A stretch of DNA of 51,853 nt from Phoronis australis (lineage: Eukaryota; Animalia; Phoronida): contig NMRA01000059.1 in NCBI GenBank assembly GCA_002633005.1, positions 171,939-223,791 on the forward strand. Reading direction: 5' to 3'. The notes beneath the pieces were generated by a model, which ran no database searches, was not told the DNA's origin, and worked only from the letters and a program-made list of their open reading frames with translations. Made by a program: the position numbers and the translations under genes. Positions 51,720-51,853 of the stretch are shown piece by piece; position 1 is the first letter of the stretch; each line of letters starts with the position of its first letter.

Positions 51720-51853
51720 ACCTACTTACCACTTGTTATCTAGTGTCCCTACCCTCCCACATGCCAACTAGCGTCCCTACCTACCACATGTTATCTAGTG
51801 TCCCTACCTTCCCACATGCCAACTAGCGTCCCTACCTACCACATGTTATCTAG
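51720..51853. repeat. ~27/54-bp minisatellite running off the end of the window
   Basis: CTAGTGTCCCTACC..CCACATG units. Confidence 0.85.

Overview
AT-rich, intron-rich animal genomic DNA, probably a marine invertebrate; the species cannot be determined from the sequence. It is not prokaryotic, and most ORF-track entries are spurious. Four spliced genes were reconstructed by hand with GT-AG, phase-consistent exons. (1) The last three coding exons of protoporphyrinogen oxidase PPOX (+, 267-2023). (2) A 9-exon ACP7/purple-acid-phosphatase-like gene (-, 8996-35008) with a signal peptide and a C-terminal TM helix, in which all seven metal ligands appear substituted, making it a candidate membrane pseudophosphatase; its exon 1-2 junction is unresolved. 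(3) PSMD9/p27 (+, 35137-42426), head-to-head with gene 2, with 128 bp between the ATGs. (4) The 3' part of trithorax/KMT2A-B (FYRC-WIN-SET-postSET; -, 44679-51155), tail-to-tail with PSMD9. Introns and intergenic DNA carry Helentron/HINE-like repeats with phased CTCF-consensus arrays, nested TIR transposons, MITE/foldback hairpins and many minisatellites. Three single N positions (16683, 29552, 39895) sit beside near-identical duplications that are most likely uncollapsed haplotypes.
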